64,000 nt of DNA from an uncultured Coriobacteriia bacterium (GTDB lineage Bacteria > Actinomycetota > Coriobacteriia > Anaerosomatales > PALSA-660), in contig OY968780.1 in NCBI GenBank assembly GCA_963695385.1, forward strand, positions 263,321 through 327,320, written 5' to 3'. The notes beneath the pieces are model-generated. The model did not search any database, had not been told where the DNA came from, and saw only the letters and a list, made by a program, of their open reading frames with translations. How positions within the stretch are numbered: position 1 is the first letter of the stretch; the number at the start of each line of letters is the position of its first letter. The position numbers were made by a program, and so were the translations under genes. Below are positions 19,484 to 29,636 of this stretch, one piece after another.

Positions 19484-19954
19484 ATGGAGCACGAACACTT
19501 CATGCGCCGCGCCATCGCACTCAGCCGTGAGAAGATGCTCGCAGACGAAGGCGGCCCCTTCGCGGCGGTCGTGGTCCGCGACGGCGAGATCATCGGCGAG
19601 GGATGGAACCAGGTGACCAGCCGAAACGACCCGACCGCGCACGCCGAGGTGGTGGCCATCCGAAACGCGTGTCTGGCGACGCGCGACTTCTCGCTTGCGG
19701 GGGCCGTCATCTACACGACGTGCGAGCCATGTCCCATGTGTCTCGCCGCCATCTATTGGGCCCGGCTGTCGGGTGCCTACTATGCCAACACCACAGAGGA
19801 CGCCTCGGCGGTCGGATTCGATGACGGCTATCTGTACCGGCAGGTCGCGCTTCCTCCGGAACTGCGCGCGCTGCCGACACAGCGTATCCTCGCCGCCGAG
19901 GCGCTCGCGGTCTTCCGGGAGTGGGCGGACAAGGATGATCGCATCGGATACTGA
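19484..19954 (+). CDS. guaD: Guanine deaminase (CDA-fold, GuaD-like)
   Basis: Contains 'DPTAHAEVVAIRNA' and 'TCEPCPMCLAAIYWARL', with a C-terminal tail typical of Bacillus-type GuaD. Confidence 0.8.
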   Translation: MEHEHFMRRAIALSREKMLADEGGPFAAVVVRDGEIIGEGWNQVTSRNDPTAHAEVVAIRNACLATRDFSLAGAVIYTTCEPCPMCLAAIYWARLSGAYYANTTEDASAVGFDDGYLYRQVALPPELRALPTQRILAAEALAVFREWADKDDRIGY

Positions 19955-20150
19955 GACGCGAAGAGGAAGCAGACATCCTGTTCGGGAGACAAGAGCCCGG
20001 CGGATGGTCGCGACCGTTGCACGGATGAAGGAACATGAGTGCTGACGTGGCGGCCCCGGTGGGCGTAGACTGACGTAATCGGGCGCCTCGTCGACGCGGC
20101 GTCCGATTTCGGCATCGTTGCGCCAAGGTTCGTGCCCTGGAGGACGGTTG

Positions 20151-22061
20151 ATGAGTTCGCTCCGCGAAACGCTCTTTGAGTCCACAAGGAGCCTCGCCGT
20201 GTTCGCGGAGCAGCACCTCGCCGAGGCCCGCTGTCTTGAGTGGTCGACCAGCAAGAAGGTCACGGACAGCAAGGGCGGCAGGACCGAGTATGCCTTCGCG
20301 CTCGACGTCGTGCGCGAAGAGCTCGCCGGGATGGACTTCTCCGCCATCATGGGAGTCCTTCTCGACGAGAAGTGGTTCTCGCTCCGCGATTCGGAACCCG
20401 GCGTCTTCAACGACTCGAGTCTGAGCCTCTTCCGCGAGATCAGGACCCTCCGGAATCGTCTCACCCACCCCAGCCACGATGAGACGCTGACCCCCGAGGA
20501 GCTCGGTCTCAGGCAGGCTCTTCTCCTGCGCTTCCTTCGGGAGATCGGGGCTGACGGTGCGCTTGTCGCCCGGGCGCAGTGTGCCCTCGACGACTCTGTC
20601 GCCGCGAGATCGTCGGACCGGGTCGCGGCAGGATCCCAGGAGTCCGTCGACCTCCTCACGCACGCCCAGGCCGAATTGCTGGACCGTGCCCAGTCGATGG
20701 CGACGCGCCTGGCGCTGACGGAAGCCGCGGTAGGCGCCGCGGGGGAGACCTCGATCGCCGCCGACGCGCGCAGCGAGGACTTGGCCCGCGAGGTCGAGCG
20801 CCTCCTCGCGCAGCAAGCCGAGTCCGATCAGCATGCGTCCGCCAGCCTGGAGTCAGCCTCTGCGGCGCTGGAGGTCGCGCGCAGCGAGGCGAACGCGGCG
20901 CGAGAGCAACTCGAGCGCGTCCGAGCGGACTACAGCCGGGAAGAGCAGGCCAGGTTCCACTATCAGGCGGAGATCGCACGGCTCGACTCCATGATCAAGC
21001 AGACCAGCGACAGCTACGACGCCCGGGTGCGCTCGGACAGACGATCGCGCATAGCCATCGCGACCGTCGCCGGCGTGCTGGCCCTCGGGGTCTGGGGCAG
21101 CAGCCTCGGCGGGCTTGACGGAAACTCGCCATCCTCGCGATCCGTGGCTCCGACCGCGGGTCCGGTCACGCCGGAACCTCTGGCGGCCTCGGCTGATGAG
21201 GAGACGGGTTCTGCCCTCGTCCGGGTCCCGGGAACGACCGGCTCGACGCTCGCTGATGCCCGGACGCTGCTCGCCGGAGCGGGTCTGCTCATCGACCATA
21301 TAGCCTACACCGCGACAAGCACGGTCACTCCGGGCACGGTCCTCTATCAGTCCCCGGGCGTCGGACAGTCGGTGAAACCCGGGGCGAGCGTGTTCCTGGA
21401 GGTCGCGACGCTGACCGTGCCGCAATCGAAGACGACCAACGCCTCCAACCGCGTGCCCAAGCCCAGTCCGTCGCCGTCGTCCGGACCCACCCCGAAGCCC
21501 GGTGGGAGCGGCGCATCCACGCTCACGGTCGTCGCGGTACCGGGAGTCGTCGGTGACGGGTTCTCCTCGGCGGTCTCGCGTCTTGGCACCGCCGGGCTCA
21601 AGACCGTGGCGTTGGATCCCTACGGGCACACTGTCCCGTACTCGGGAACCAGCCCGCTCGTGGCACATTCGATCTCGGCCTGTTCTCCGGCGCCGGGGCT
21701 GCGCGTTCGAAGGGCCTCCCTCGTGAGGATCACCCTCGAGAACCGCCCGCCCGTCGCCGAGTTCGAGATCTCGGTGCTGGGCACGGGGGACGGCCAGCAC
21801 CGTGTCCAGTTCGACGGTTCGCAGTCCAGAGACGACTTCGGGATCAGGTCCTACAGGTGGAACGTCAGATGGAGCGGAGCGAACGCCGACGACCCGCGTG
21901 CCGAGGTCAACGGAGCCGGCAGGCGGTGGGACACGAAGCTTCCCACTGGCAGTCACGTGTTCTGCGCGACGCTGACGGTGACCGACGAATCCGGAACGAG
22001 CAGGGACGAGTACTGGAACTTCGAGATCGTCGGCGGAGCCGTGGCTCTGAAGTGGGACTGA
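20151..22061 (+). CDS. Single-pass membrane protein: cytoplasmic HEPN-like domain + coiled coil + TM + 2 PASTA + PKD
   Basis: 'FREIRTLRNRLTHPSH' is an RNxxxH motif. There is an Ala/Glu/Arg-rich coiled coil, a TM helix 'IAIATVAGVLALGVWGSSLGGL' preceded by RVRSDRRSR, the PASTA segment 'VRVPGTTGSTLADARTLLAGAGL...PGTVLYQSPGVGQSVKPGASVFLEV', a second PASTA-like segment, and the PKD segment 'PPVAEFEISV...VQFDGSQSRDDFGIRSYRWN...ATLTVTDESGTS'. GGAGGA lies before ATG 20151. Confidence 0.6.
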   Translation: MSSLRETLFESTRSLAVFAEQHLAEARCLEWSTSKKVTDSKGGRTEYAFALDVVREELAGMDFSAIMGVLLDEKWFSLRDSEPGVFNDSSLSLFREIRTLRNRLTHPSHDETLTPEELGLRQALLLRFLREIGADGALVARAQCALDDSVAARSSDRVAAGSQESVDLLTHAQAELLDRAQSMATRLALTEAAVGAAGETSIAADARSEDLAREVERLLAQQAESDQHASASLESASAALEVARSEANAAREQLERVRADYSREEQARFHYQAEIARLDSMIKQTSDSYDARVRSDRRSRIAIATVAGVLALGVWGSSLGGLDGNSPSSRSVAPTAGPVTPEPLAASADEETGSALVRVPGTTGSTLADARTLLAGAGLLIDHIAYTATSTVTPGTVLYQSPGVGQSVKPGASVFLEVATLTVPQSKTTNASNRVPKPSPSPSSGPTPKPGGSGASTLTVVAVPGVVGDGFSSAVSRLGTAGLKTVALDPYGHTVPYSGTSPLVAHSISACSPAPGLRVRRASLVRITLENRPPVAEFEISVLGTGDGQHRVQFDGSQSRDDFGIRSYRWNVRWSGANADDPRAEVNGAGRRWDTKLPTGSHVFCATLTVTDESGTSRDEYWNFEIVGGAVALKWD

Positions 22062-22115
22062 GGTCCGAGGAGCACCGAACCAGCCGCTCGGAGCACCGGA
22101 GGACCCTGGACAACC

Positions 22116-23999
22116 ATGTCGGCGCCTGACCTCAAAGCCCAGCTTGCCAGGGTTCCCGAGGAACCCGGCGTGTACATGTGGAAGGATGCCGCCGGAGAGG
22201 TCCTCTACGTCGGCAAGGCCAAGTCGCTGCGCTCGAGGATGCGCCAGTACCTGGGCGGTCACGACGAGCGCGCCATGGTGCCGGTGATGATGGCCCAGGT
22301 CGCCTCTTTCGACTGCTTCGTGACGGCTTCCGAGGTCGACAGCCTCGTGCTGGAAGCGAACCTGATCAAGCGGTTCAGGCCTCGCTACAACGTCGACTAT
22401 CGCGACGACAAGACCTTTCCCTACATCGCGCTGACGCTTTCGGATCCCTTCCCCGCGATCAAGTACACCCGCGAGAAGCATCGTGAGGGAACGCGCTACC
22501 TGGGCCCCTACACGGACGCCAAGGGCGCGCGCGCCACGGTCGACATCGTGCGGCGCGTCTACCCGATCTGCCGCGCCGACTGCGTCGAATGGAAGCGCCT
22601 GACCGCAAGAGGCGGCACTCCCGGCGGCAAGCCGTGCTTCGACCAGCATGTAGGCAAGGGGCCCGGGCCGTGCGTGGGCGCGGTCAGTCGCGAGGAGTAC
22701 GCCCGCAATGTGCGCAGGGTCAGCGACTTCCTGGAAGGGCGCCGCACTGCCGTGGCCGAGGATCTCGAGCGTGAGATGCGCGACGCTGCGGCCGACCTGG
22801 ACTACGAGCGCGCCGCCCGCGCGCGCAACCGCCTCGAAGCGGTCCGCTCGGTGCTCGAGCGGCAGACCGTGGTGAGCGAGCGCAGGCTCGACGCCGACGT
22901 GATCGGTGTGCATCGCGAGGAGACGATCGCGGCCGCCTACCTCTTCCAGGTGCGGGAGGGTCGTGTCCTGGTCGGGACCGAGTTCGTTCTCGATCAGGGC
23001 CTGGACGTTTCCGCGGCAGACCTCGTGGAGGGTTTCCTTCTCCGCTACTATGCCCAGGCCACGCACGTACCCCGGGAAGTGCTCGTGGCCGTGCTCCCCG
23101 AAGAGCCTCAAGCCGTGGCCGAGTGGCTGTCGGGCTTGCGCGGTTCGAAAGTGAGGCTCGCCGTCCCTGCCCGAGGCGAGAAGCGCGTGCTGCTCGAACT
23201 CGCGACCACGAACGCCCGGCACGCGCTCGCGCGCTACTCGTTTCGGACCAGGTATGACGAAGAGCGCACGAACGCGGCGTTGCTGCAACTCGAGAGCGCG
23301 CTGGCGCTCCCAGCGCCGCCCATGCGCATCGAGTGCTTCGACATCTCCACCCTGCACGGACGGTTCTCGGTCGGCTCGATGGTCGTCTTCGAGTCCGGGC
23401 GCCCCGACCCGTCCGCGTACCGTCGGTTCCGCGTGCGGCTGGAATCATCCGAGAGCAACGACGTGGCGATGATGCGGGAGGTGCTGGGCCGCCGCTTCGC
23501 CCGCGAGGTGCGCGAAGGCTCGCGTTTCGCGAGGCGACCCGACCTGCTGATCGTCGACGGCGGCAAACCGCAGCTGTCGGCAGCCGTTGACGTGCTGGAG
23601 GAGATGGGGATCGCGGATATCCCCGTCGCCGCTTTGGCCAAACGCGACGAGGAGCTGTTCCTTCCCGCGTGGAAGGATCCGGTCGTCCTGCCCGCCGGGT
23701 CCCCGTCGCTCTACCTCGTCAAGCGCCTCCGCGATGAGGCGCACCGTTTCGCGATCGCGTACCATCGCGGACTCCGTGGCAAGGCGATGACGGCCTCCCT
23801 TCTCGACGAGATCCCCGGCGTCGGGCCCACTCGCAAGAAGGCGCTCCTGAAGGCGTTCGGGTCGGTGCGGAAGCTGAGCGCGGCCTCGGTCGACGAGATC
23901 GCCTCCGTCAAGGGCGTGCCGCGTGAGGTCGCGTCGGACGTCTCGGCATGTCTGGCGTCGTGGGAGCGGGACCGCAGTTCGCAGGAGGGCGGCGTGTAG
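22116..23999 (+). CDS. uvrC: Excinuclease ABC subunit C
   Basis: GIY-YIG N-terminus 'PGVYMWKDAAGEVLYVGKAKSLRSRMRQY', a UVR domain, an endonuclease V-like domain and a (HhH)2 C-terminus. Confidence 0.97.
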   Translation: MSAPDLKAQLARVPEEPGVYMWKDAAGEVLYVGKAKSLRSRMRQYLGGHDERAMVPVMMAQVASFDCFVTASEVDSLVLEANLIKRFRPRYNVDYRDDKTFPYIALTLSDPFPAIKYTREKHREGTRYLGPYTDAKGARATVDIVRRVYPICRADCVEWKRLTARGGTPGGKPCFDQHVGKGPGPCVGAVSREEYARNVRRVSDFLEGRRTAVAEDLEREMRDAAADLDYERAARARNRLEAVRSVLERQTVVSERRLDADVIGVHREETIAAAYLFQVREGRVLVGTEFVLDQGLDVSAADLVEGFLLRYYAQATHVPREVLVAVLPEEPQAVAEWLSGLRGSKVRLAVPARGEKRVLLELATTNARHALARYSFRTRYDEERTNAALLQLESALALPAPPMRIECFDISTLHGRFSVGSMVVFESGRPDPSAYRRFRVRLESSESNDVAMMREVLGRRFAREVREGSRFARRPDLLIVDGGKPQLSAAVDVLEEMGIADIPVAALAKRDEELFLPAWKDPVVLPAGSPSLYLVKRLRDEAHRFAIAYHRGLRGKAMTASLLDEIPGVGPTRKKALLKAFGSVRKLSAASVDEIASVKGVPREVASDVSACLASWERDRSSQEGGV

Positions 24000-24107
24000 G
24001 CGCCACTCGATCGCGCGACTTCGACCGCCACGGACCCGGGCGTTGCTATACTGCTGTCGCGGGTATTCATCACCCGTGTGCGGCAGGCGATCGCAGGGGG
24101 CTGGAGC

Positions 24108-24461
24108 ATGACGAGGTTCATCATCCGTCTACTGATCTCCGGCGCTGTGATCTTCGGTGTGTCGTACCTGTCCGGCGGAACGCTGTTGCAGGTCGATTCC
24201 TTCGGCTGGGCGGTGGCACTGGCATTCGTGCTCGGCGTCGTCAATGCCATCATCAAGCCGGTCGTCGCCCTGTTCGCGTTGCCGGTCACCATCCTGACCC
24301 TGGGTCTGTTCTCGCTGCTCATAAACGCCGCGATGCTCTCCCTGGCCACGATGGCGGTGCCGGGTGTGAGCACGACCGGCTTCTGGGCGACCATTCTCGC
24401 GTCGATCATCATCTCCGTCGTGACGTCGCTCGCCACCGGCTGGTTGGAGCGCGAGGACTGA
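24108..24461 (+). CDS. Four-TM membrane protein of the phage-holin-4 / YvlD family
   Basis: 'FGWAVALAFVLGVVNAIIKPVVALFALPVTILTLGLFSLLINAAML' is typical of the family. The ORF can start at 24078. Confidence 0.65.
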   Translation: MTRFIIRLLISGAVIFGVSYLSGGTLLQVDSFGWAVALAFVLGVVNAIIKPVVALFALPVTILTLGLFSLLINAAMLSLATMAVPGVSTTGFWATILASIIISVVTSLATGWLERED

Positions 24462-24528
24462 CTCCGACCACGCGGTCGCGGCCGCGGTTCTGCAATGCCT
24501 ACGCCCGCTCGAGTACGACGGAGGCTTC

Positions 24529-25464
24529 TTGAGAGACCGACCGGACATCGATAGCGAGGAGCTGCCGGTCCCGAGCGACGGCTCGTCCCAGGCGGCGGAG
24601 CTCGTGGTGATCACCGGGCTGGCCGGCGCCGGCCGCTCCGAGGCCATCCACACCTTCGAGGACCTCGGCTACTTCTGCATCGACAACCTGCCGCCGGCGC
24701 TCCTCGGTCCGCTGGTCGACCTCGTCGGCCTGCCCGGAAGCCGGATAGGCAAGGTGGCGGTGGTCTGCGACATGCGCACGATGTCGTTCTTCGACACGCT
24801 GCTAGAGGAGCTCGACAGGCTGGAGGCGGGCGGGCACCCCTTCCGGATCCTGTATCTCGAGGCCGCGGAGAAGGTGCTGGTGAACCGCTTCAAGGAGACC
24901 CGCCGCCGGCATCCTCTCGCGGTGACCGGGTCCATTGTCGACGGGATCCGCCGCGAGCAGGAGGGTCTGCGCCGGGTCAGGGAGCAGGCCGACCTGATCG
25001 TCGACACGAGTGACCTGCTCCCGCAGCAGCTGCGCACCGTCGTTCGCCAGAAGTTCCTCTCGGAGAACCTCAAGGACACCCTGATCGTGACGGTGACGTC
25101 CTTCGGCTTCAAGCACGGGCCGCCGATAGATGCCGACATCGTCATGGACGTGCGATTCCTGCCCAACCCGTTCTACATCCCGAAGCTGCGCCACCGCACC
25201 GGGCAGGACAGGCACGTGCGCGACTTCGTCCTGGATCGCGACGAGACGCGAGCGTTCCTGGCGAGGTGGGAACCGCTCCTGGCAGACCTCACGCCTAGCT
25301 ACCTGGCCGAGGGAAAGCACCACCTCTCGATCGCCTTGGGCTGCACCGGCGGGATGCATCGCAGCGTCGTCCTGGCCGAGGAGACGGGCCGATTCATGAG
25401 GGGCCTCGGCTATCAGGTCTCGGTGCGCCACCGCGACGTGAACAAGGACCAGGAGTGGCTGTGA
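24529..25464 (+). CDS. rapZ: RNase adapter / nucleotide-binding protein RapZ (YvcJ)
   Basis: Walker A 'VVITGLAGAGRSEA', then 'DVRFLPNPFY' and 'IALGCTGGMHRSV'. Confidence 0.9.
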   Translation: MRDRPDIDSEELPVPSDGSSQAAELVVITGLAGAGRSEAIHTFEDLGYFCIDNLPPALLGPLVDLVGLPGSRIGKVAVVCDMRTMSFFDTLLEELDRLEAGGHPFRILYLEAAEKVLVNRFKETRRRHPLAVTGSIVDGIRREQEGLRRVREQADLIVDTSDLLPQQLRTVVRQKFLSENLKDTLIVTVTSFGFKHGPPIDADIVMDVRFLPNPFYIPKLRHRTGQDRHVRDFVLDRDETRAFLARWEPLLADLTPSYLAEGKHHLSIALGCTGGMHRSVVLAEETGRFMRGLGYQVSVRHRDVNKDQEWL

Positions 25465-25492
25465 CCTGCGACCTCCCGGGTGTGACCTAGCC

Positions 25493-26485
25493 GTGTCGTT
25501 CACTTCCGAGGTCAAGGACGAACTCTCCCGGGTCGTCCCCAAGCGGGCCTGCTGCCCGAAGGCCGAACTCGCGGCGCTCGTGCGGATCGAGGGCACGCTG
25601 CACATCACGGGACGCGAGCGTTTCACGTTGGAGATAGCCACCGAGACCGCGCCGGTCGCTCGCAAGGTGATCAAGCTCCTGCACGAGCTCTACAGTCTCA
25701 AGACAGAGCTCACTGTCCGGCGATCGGTGCTGCACAAGACAAACAACTACCTCATAACGGTGCCGTCGCAACCGGCGCTGACCGCAGCGCTCGCTGACCT
25801 TGGGGTGCTCGACGAGTCCCTGGGCATCGCCTACGGAGTTCCCTCCCGGCTGACCCGTCGGGACTGCTGCGCGGTCTCGTACCTTCGGGGCGCCTTCCTC
25901 GGGGGCGGGTTCGTCGCGGACCCGCACGGCGATTTCCATTTCGAGCTGACTGCCGAGTCGGAGCAACTCGCGCTCGATCTCGTGAAGCTGATGAAGCGCT
26001 TCCACATCGATGCGAAAGTCACGCGTCGGCGCGGCCTGTTCGCGGTGTATCTCAAGGGGGCCGAGCCGATCGTGACCTTCCTGGCGCTCGCCGGCGCTCA
26101 TCGCGCGCTCCTGCGCACCGAGGACGTTCGCATCATCAAGAGCATGCGCAACGACGTGAATCGGCTGGTCAACGCCGAGACGGCCAATCTGGAGAAGTCG
26201 ACAGAGGCCGCAATGTCGCAGATCGAGGACATCCGGCGGTTGTCCGATGCGCAGGGCCTCGATCGGCTGCCGAGGGCCCTGCGCGAGTTGGCGGAGTTGC
26301 GCCTCGAGCATCCGGAAGTCAGCCTGCGGGAACTCGGCGAACTCGCCGATCCGCCGCTGTCCAAGTCGGCCGTCTACCACCGGATACGTCGCATCGAGGC
26401 CCTCGCATCCGACCTCATCGCCGAAGATCGCGAAACATCGGCGGATGGCCTTGACGCAGATGGTCGGCAACGGGAAGGTACATAG
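25493..26485 (+). CDS. whiA: DNA-binding cell-division/sporulation regulator WhiA
   Basis: 'MSFTSEVKDELSRV...', LAGLIDADG-like core 'YLRGAFLGGGFVADP', and a C-terminal HTH 'LRELGELADPPLSKSAVYHRIRRIE'. Confidence 0.92.
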   Translation: MSFTSEVKDELSRVVPKRACCPKAELAALVRIEGTLHITGRERFTLEIATETAPVARKVIKLLHELYSLKTELTVRRSVLHKTNNYLITVPSQPALTAALADLGVLDESLGIAYGVPSRLTRRDCCAVSYLRGAFLGGGFVADPHGDFHFELTAESEQLALDLVKLMKRFHIDAKVTRRRGLFAVYLKGAEPIVTFLALAGAHRALLRTEDVRIIKSMRNDVNRLVNAETANLEKSTEAAMSQIEDIRRLSDAQGLDRLPRALRELAELRLEHPEVSLRELGELADPPLSKSAVYHRIRRIEALASDLIAEDRETSADGLDADGRQREGT

Positions 26486-27598
<1,113 letters not shown>

Positions 27599-27609
27599 GC
27601 GCACGGCGG

Positions 27610-28797
27610 ATGTTCTCGAAGAAGACCGTCAGAGACGTAGACGTACGCGGCAAGCGCGTGTTGGTCCGCGTGGACTTCAACGTCCCGCTTCTCGATGCCG
27701 AGGTGACAGACGACGCCCGCGTCCGCGCGGCTCTGCCTACACTGCGTTATCTGGTCGACCACGGGGCGCGGGTGATCGTACTGTCGCACCTCGGTCGACC
27801 GAAGGGTCATGGCGGCTCCGAGTTCTCCCTGCGGCCGGTCCGGCGAGTGCTCCAGCAGCTGATGGGGCGCAACGTCGTCTTCGTCGATGACATCGTGGGC
27901 ACCGAAGCGCAGGAGGCCGTGGAGCGCATGGTCGACGGCGAGATCGTGATGCTGGAGAACGTGCGCTTCGAGCCCGGAGAGAAGGCCAATGATCCCGAAT
28001 TCGCCAAGAAGCTGGCGGCGCTCGCCGACATCTACGTCGACGATGCGTTCGGAACCGCGCACCGGGCCCACGCCTCGACCGAAGGCGTGACCCACTACCT
28101 TCCCGCGTACGCCGGACTGCTGCTTGCACGAGAGGTCGAGACCCTGACCGACATGCTGTCCGACCCCCAGCGGCCGTTCGTCGCCATCCTTGGCGGCAGC
28201 AAGGTCTCCGAGAAGCTCGGAGTCATCGACCGTCTTCTGGACTCCGTGGACACCCTCATCATCGGAGGAGGGATGTGCTTCACTCTGCTGGTGGCGAAGG
28301 GCGTGTTCATCGGCGACTCGATCGTGGAGCCCGACTGGGTCCCTCAGGCCGGCGCCCTCTTCGACAAGGCGGACGCCAACGGCGTCGGTCTGCGGCTGCC
28401 GGTGGACTTCGTCGTTGCCGACCGGATGGCCGAGGACGCCGACACCAGGATCGTCGGGCGGGACGAGATCCCCGAGGGGATGATGGGACTCGACATAGGT
28501 CCCGCCACCACGGAGATGTTCAAGGGGGCGATCTCGTCTGCCCGCACGATCTTCTGGAACGGGCCGATGGGGGTCTTCGAGATGACGCCGTTCGAGTCTG
28601 GAACACGTGAGGTGGCCCTGGCCGTCGCGCGTAACAACCGCGCGGTCTCGATCGTCGGGGGCGGCGACTCCGACGCCGCACTCAAGAAGTTCGGGCTCGA
28701 AGAGCGCGTGACGTTCGTGTCCACCGGCGGAGGCGCGTCGATGAAGCTGCTGGAGGGCGCGCCGCTTCCGGGCGTGGAGGCGCTGCTGGACAGGTAG
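27610..28797 (+). CDS. pgk: Phosphoglycerate kinase
   Basis: 'KRVLVRVDFNVPL', 'DAFGTAHRAHAST', 'FWNGPMGVFE', 'STGGGASMKLLEG'. Confidence 0.95.
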   Translation: MFSKKTVRDVDVRGKRVLVRVDFNVPLLDAEVTDDARVRAALPTLRYLVDHGARVIVLSHLGRPKGHGGSEFSLRPVRRVLQQLMGRNVVFVDDIVGTEAQEAVERMVDGEIVMLENVRFEPGEKANDPEFAKKLAALADIYVDDAFGTAHRAHASTEGVTHYLPAYAGLLLAREVETLTDMLSDPQRPFVAILGGSKVSEKLGVIDRLLDSVDTLIIGGGMCFTLLVAKGVFIGDSIVEPDWVPQAGALFDKADANGVGLRLPVDFVVADRMAEDADTRIVGRDEIPEGMMGLDIGPATTEMFKGAISSARTIFWNGPMGVFEMTPFESGTREVALAVARNNRAVSIVGGGDSDAALKKFGLEERVTFVSTGGGASMKLLEGAPLPGVEALLDR

Positions 28798-28862
28798 ACT
28801 GTCGGAGCCGCGGCGCGCGCGGCTTGGGCGAGATCGATATCCGCGACCGAGGGAGGGCCGCC

Positions 28863-29636
28863 ATGGCTGGCAGGCGCACACCGCTTGTCGCAGGCAACTG
28901 GAAGATGTATGAGACGGCCTCGGAGGGCGCTGTCCTCGTCCAGGACATCGCGGAGTCGATCGGCGATGTGGGCGACGACGTGGAAGTGGCCGTGTTCCCG
29001 CCGTTCACGACTCTCAAGAGTGTCGCCACGGTGATCGAGTTCGACAAGCTCGCGATGAGGCTTGGCGCCCAGGACTGTTTCTGGGAGGAGGAGGGCGCCT
29101 TCACCGGCGCGATATCGCCCAAGATGCTCAAGGACCTGCGCTGCGACTACGTCATCCTCGGCCACTCGGAGCGGCGCGAGTACTTCGGTGAGACCGACGA
29201 GACGGTCAACCGCAAGGTGCATGCGGTGTTCGGAGGCGGCATGCGCCCCATCATGTGTTGCGGCGAGAGCCTCGAGATCTACGAGTCGGGCGGCACGGAA
29301 GCGTTCGTGCGCGGCCAGGTGAAGGCGGGCCTGGCCGGTCTCGATACCGTGCAGGCGGCCCTGCTTGCGATCGCCTACGAGCCGATCTGGGCCATCGGGA
29401 CCGGGCGCACGCCCACTCCCGAGGAGGCGAACGACGTGGCCCGCATGATCCGTGCGACCGTGGGCGCTCTGTACGGACCGCCCTCTGCGATGAGCTGCCG
29501 GATCCTCTACGGCGGTTCCGTCAAGCCGGAGAACGCATCCGATTTCTTCGCCGAGCCGGACATAGACGGCGCGCTTGTGGGCGGTGCTTCTCTGAAGGCC
29601 GATTCCTTCGCGGGCATCGTGCGCGCCGCGCGGTGA
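28863..29636 (+). CDS. tpiA: Triosephosphate isomerase
   Basis: 'PLVAGNWKM', 'ILGHSERR', 'IAYEPIWAIGTG', 'ILYGGSV'. Confidence 0.95.
   Translation: MAGRRTPLVAGNWKMYETASEGAVLVQDIAESIGDVGDDVEVAVFPPFTTLKSVATVIEFDKLAMRLGAQDCFWEEEGAFTGAISPKMLKDLRCDYVILGHSERREYFGETDETVNRKVHAVFGGGMRPIMCCGESLEIYESGGTEAFVRGQVKAGLAGLDTVQAALLAIAYEPIWAIGTGRTPTPEEANDVARMIRATVGALYGPPSAMSCRILYGGSVKPENASDFFAEPDIDGALVGGASLKADSFAGIVRAAR

Noticed and set aside
20853-23357. 834-aa minus-strand ORF. Similar long antisense ORFs: 13838..15178, 25487..27604, 27595..28881, 49195..50826, 54722..56617, 3767..4834 and 5387..6355
   Set aside because: All lie antisense to strongly recognisable genes (uvrC, uvrA, whiA/gap, pgk, the HK, copA, the ATPase, larE). 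They are Arg/Gly/Pro/Ala-rich with no recognisable motifs, as expected for stop-poor antisense frames in high-GC DNA.
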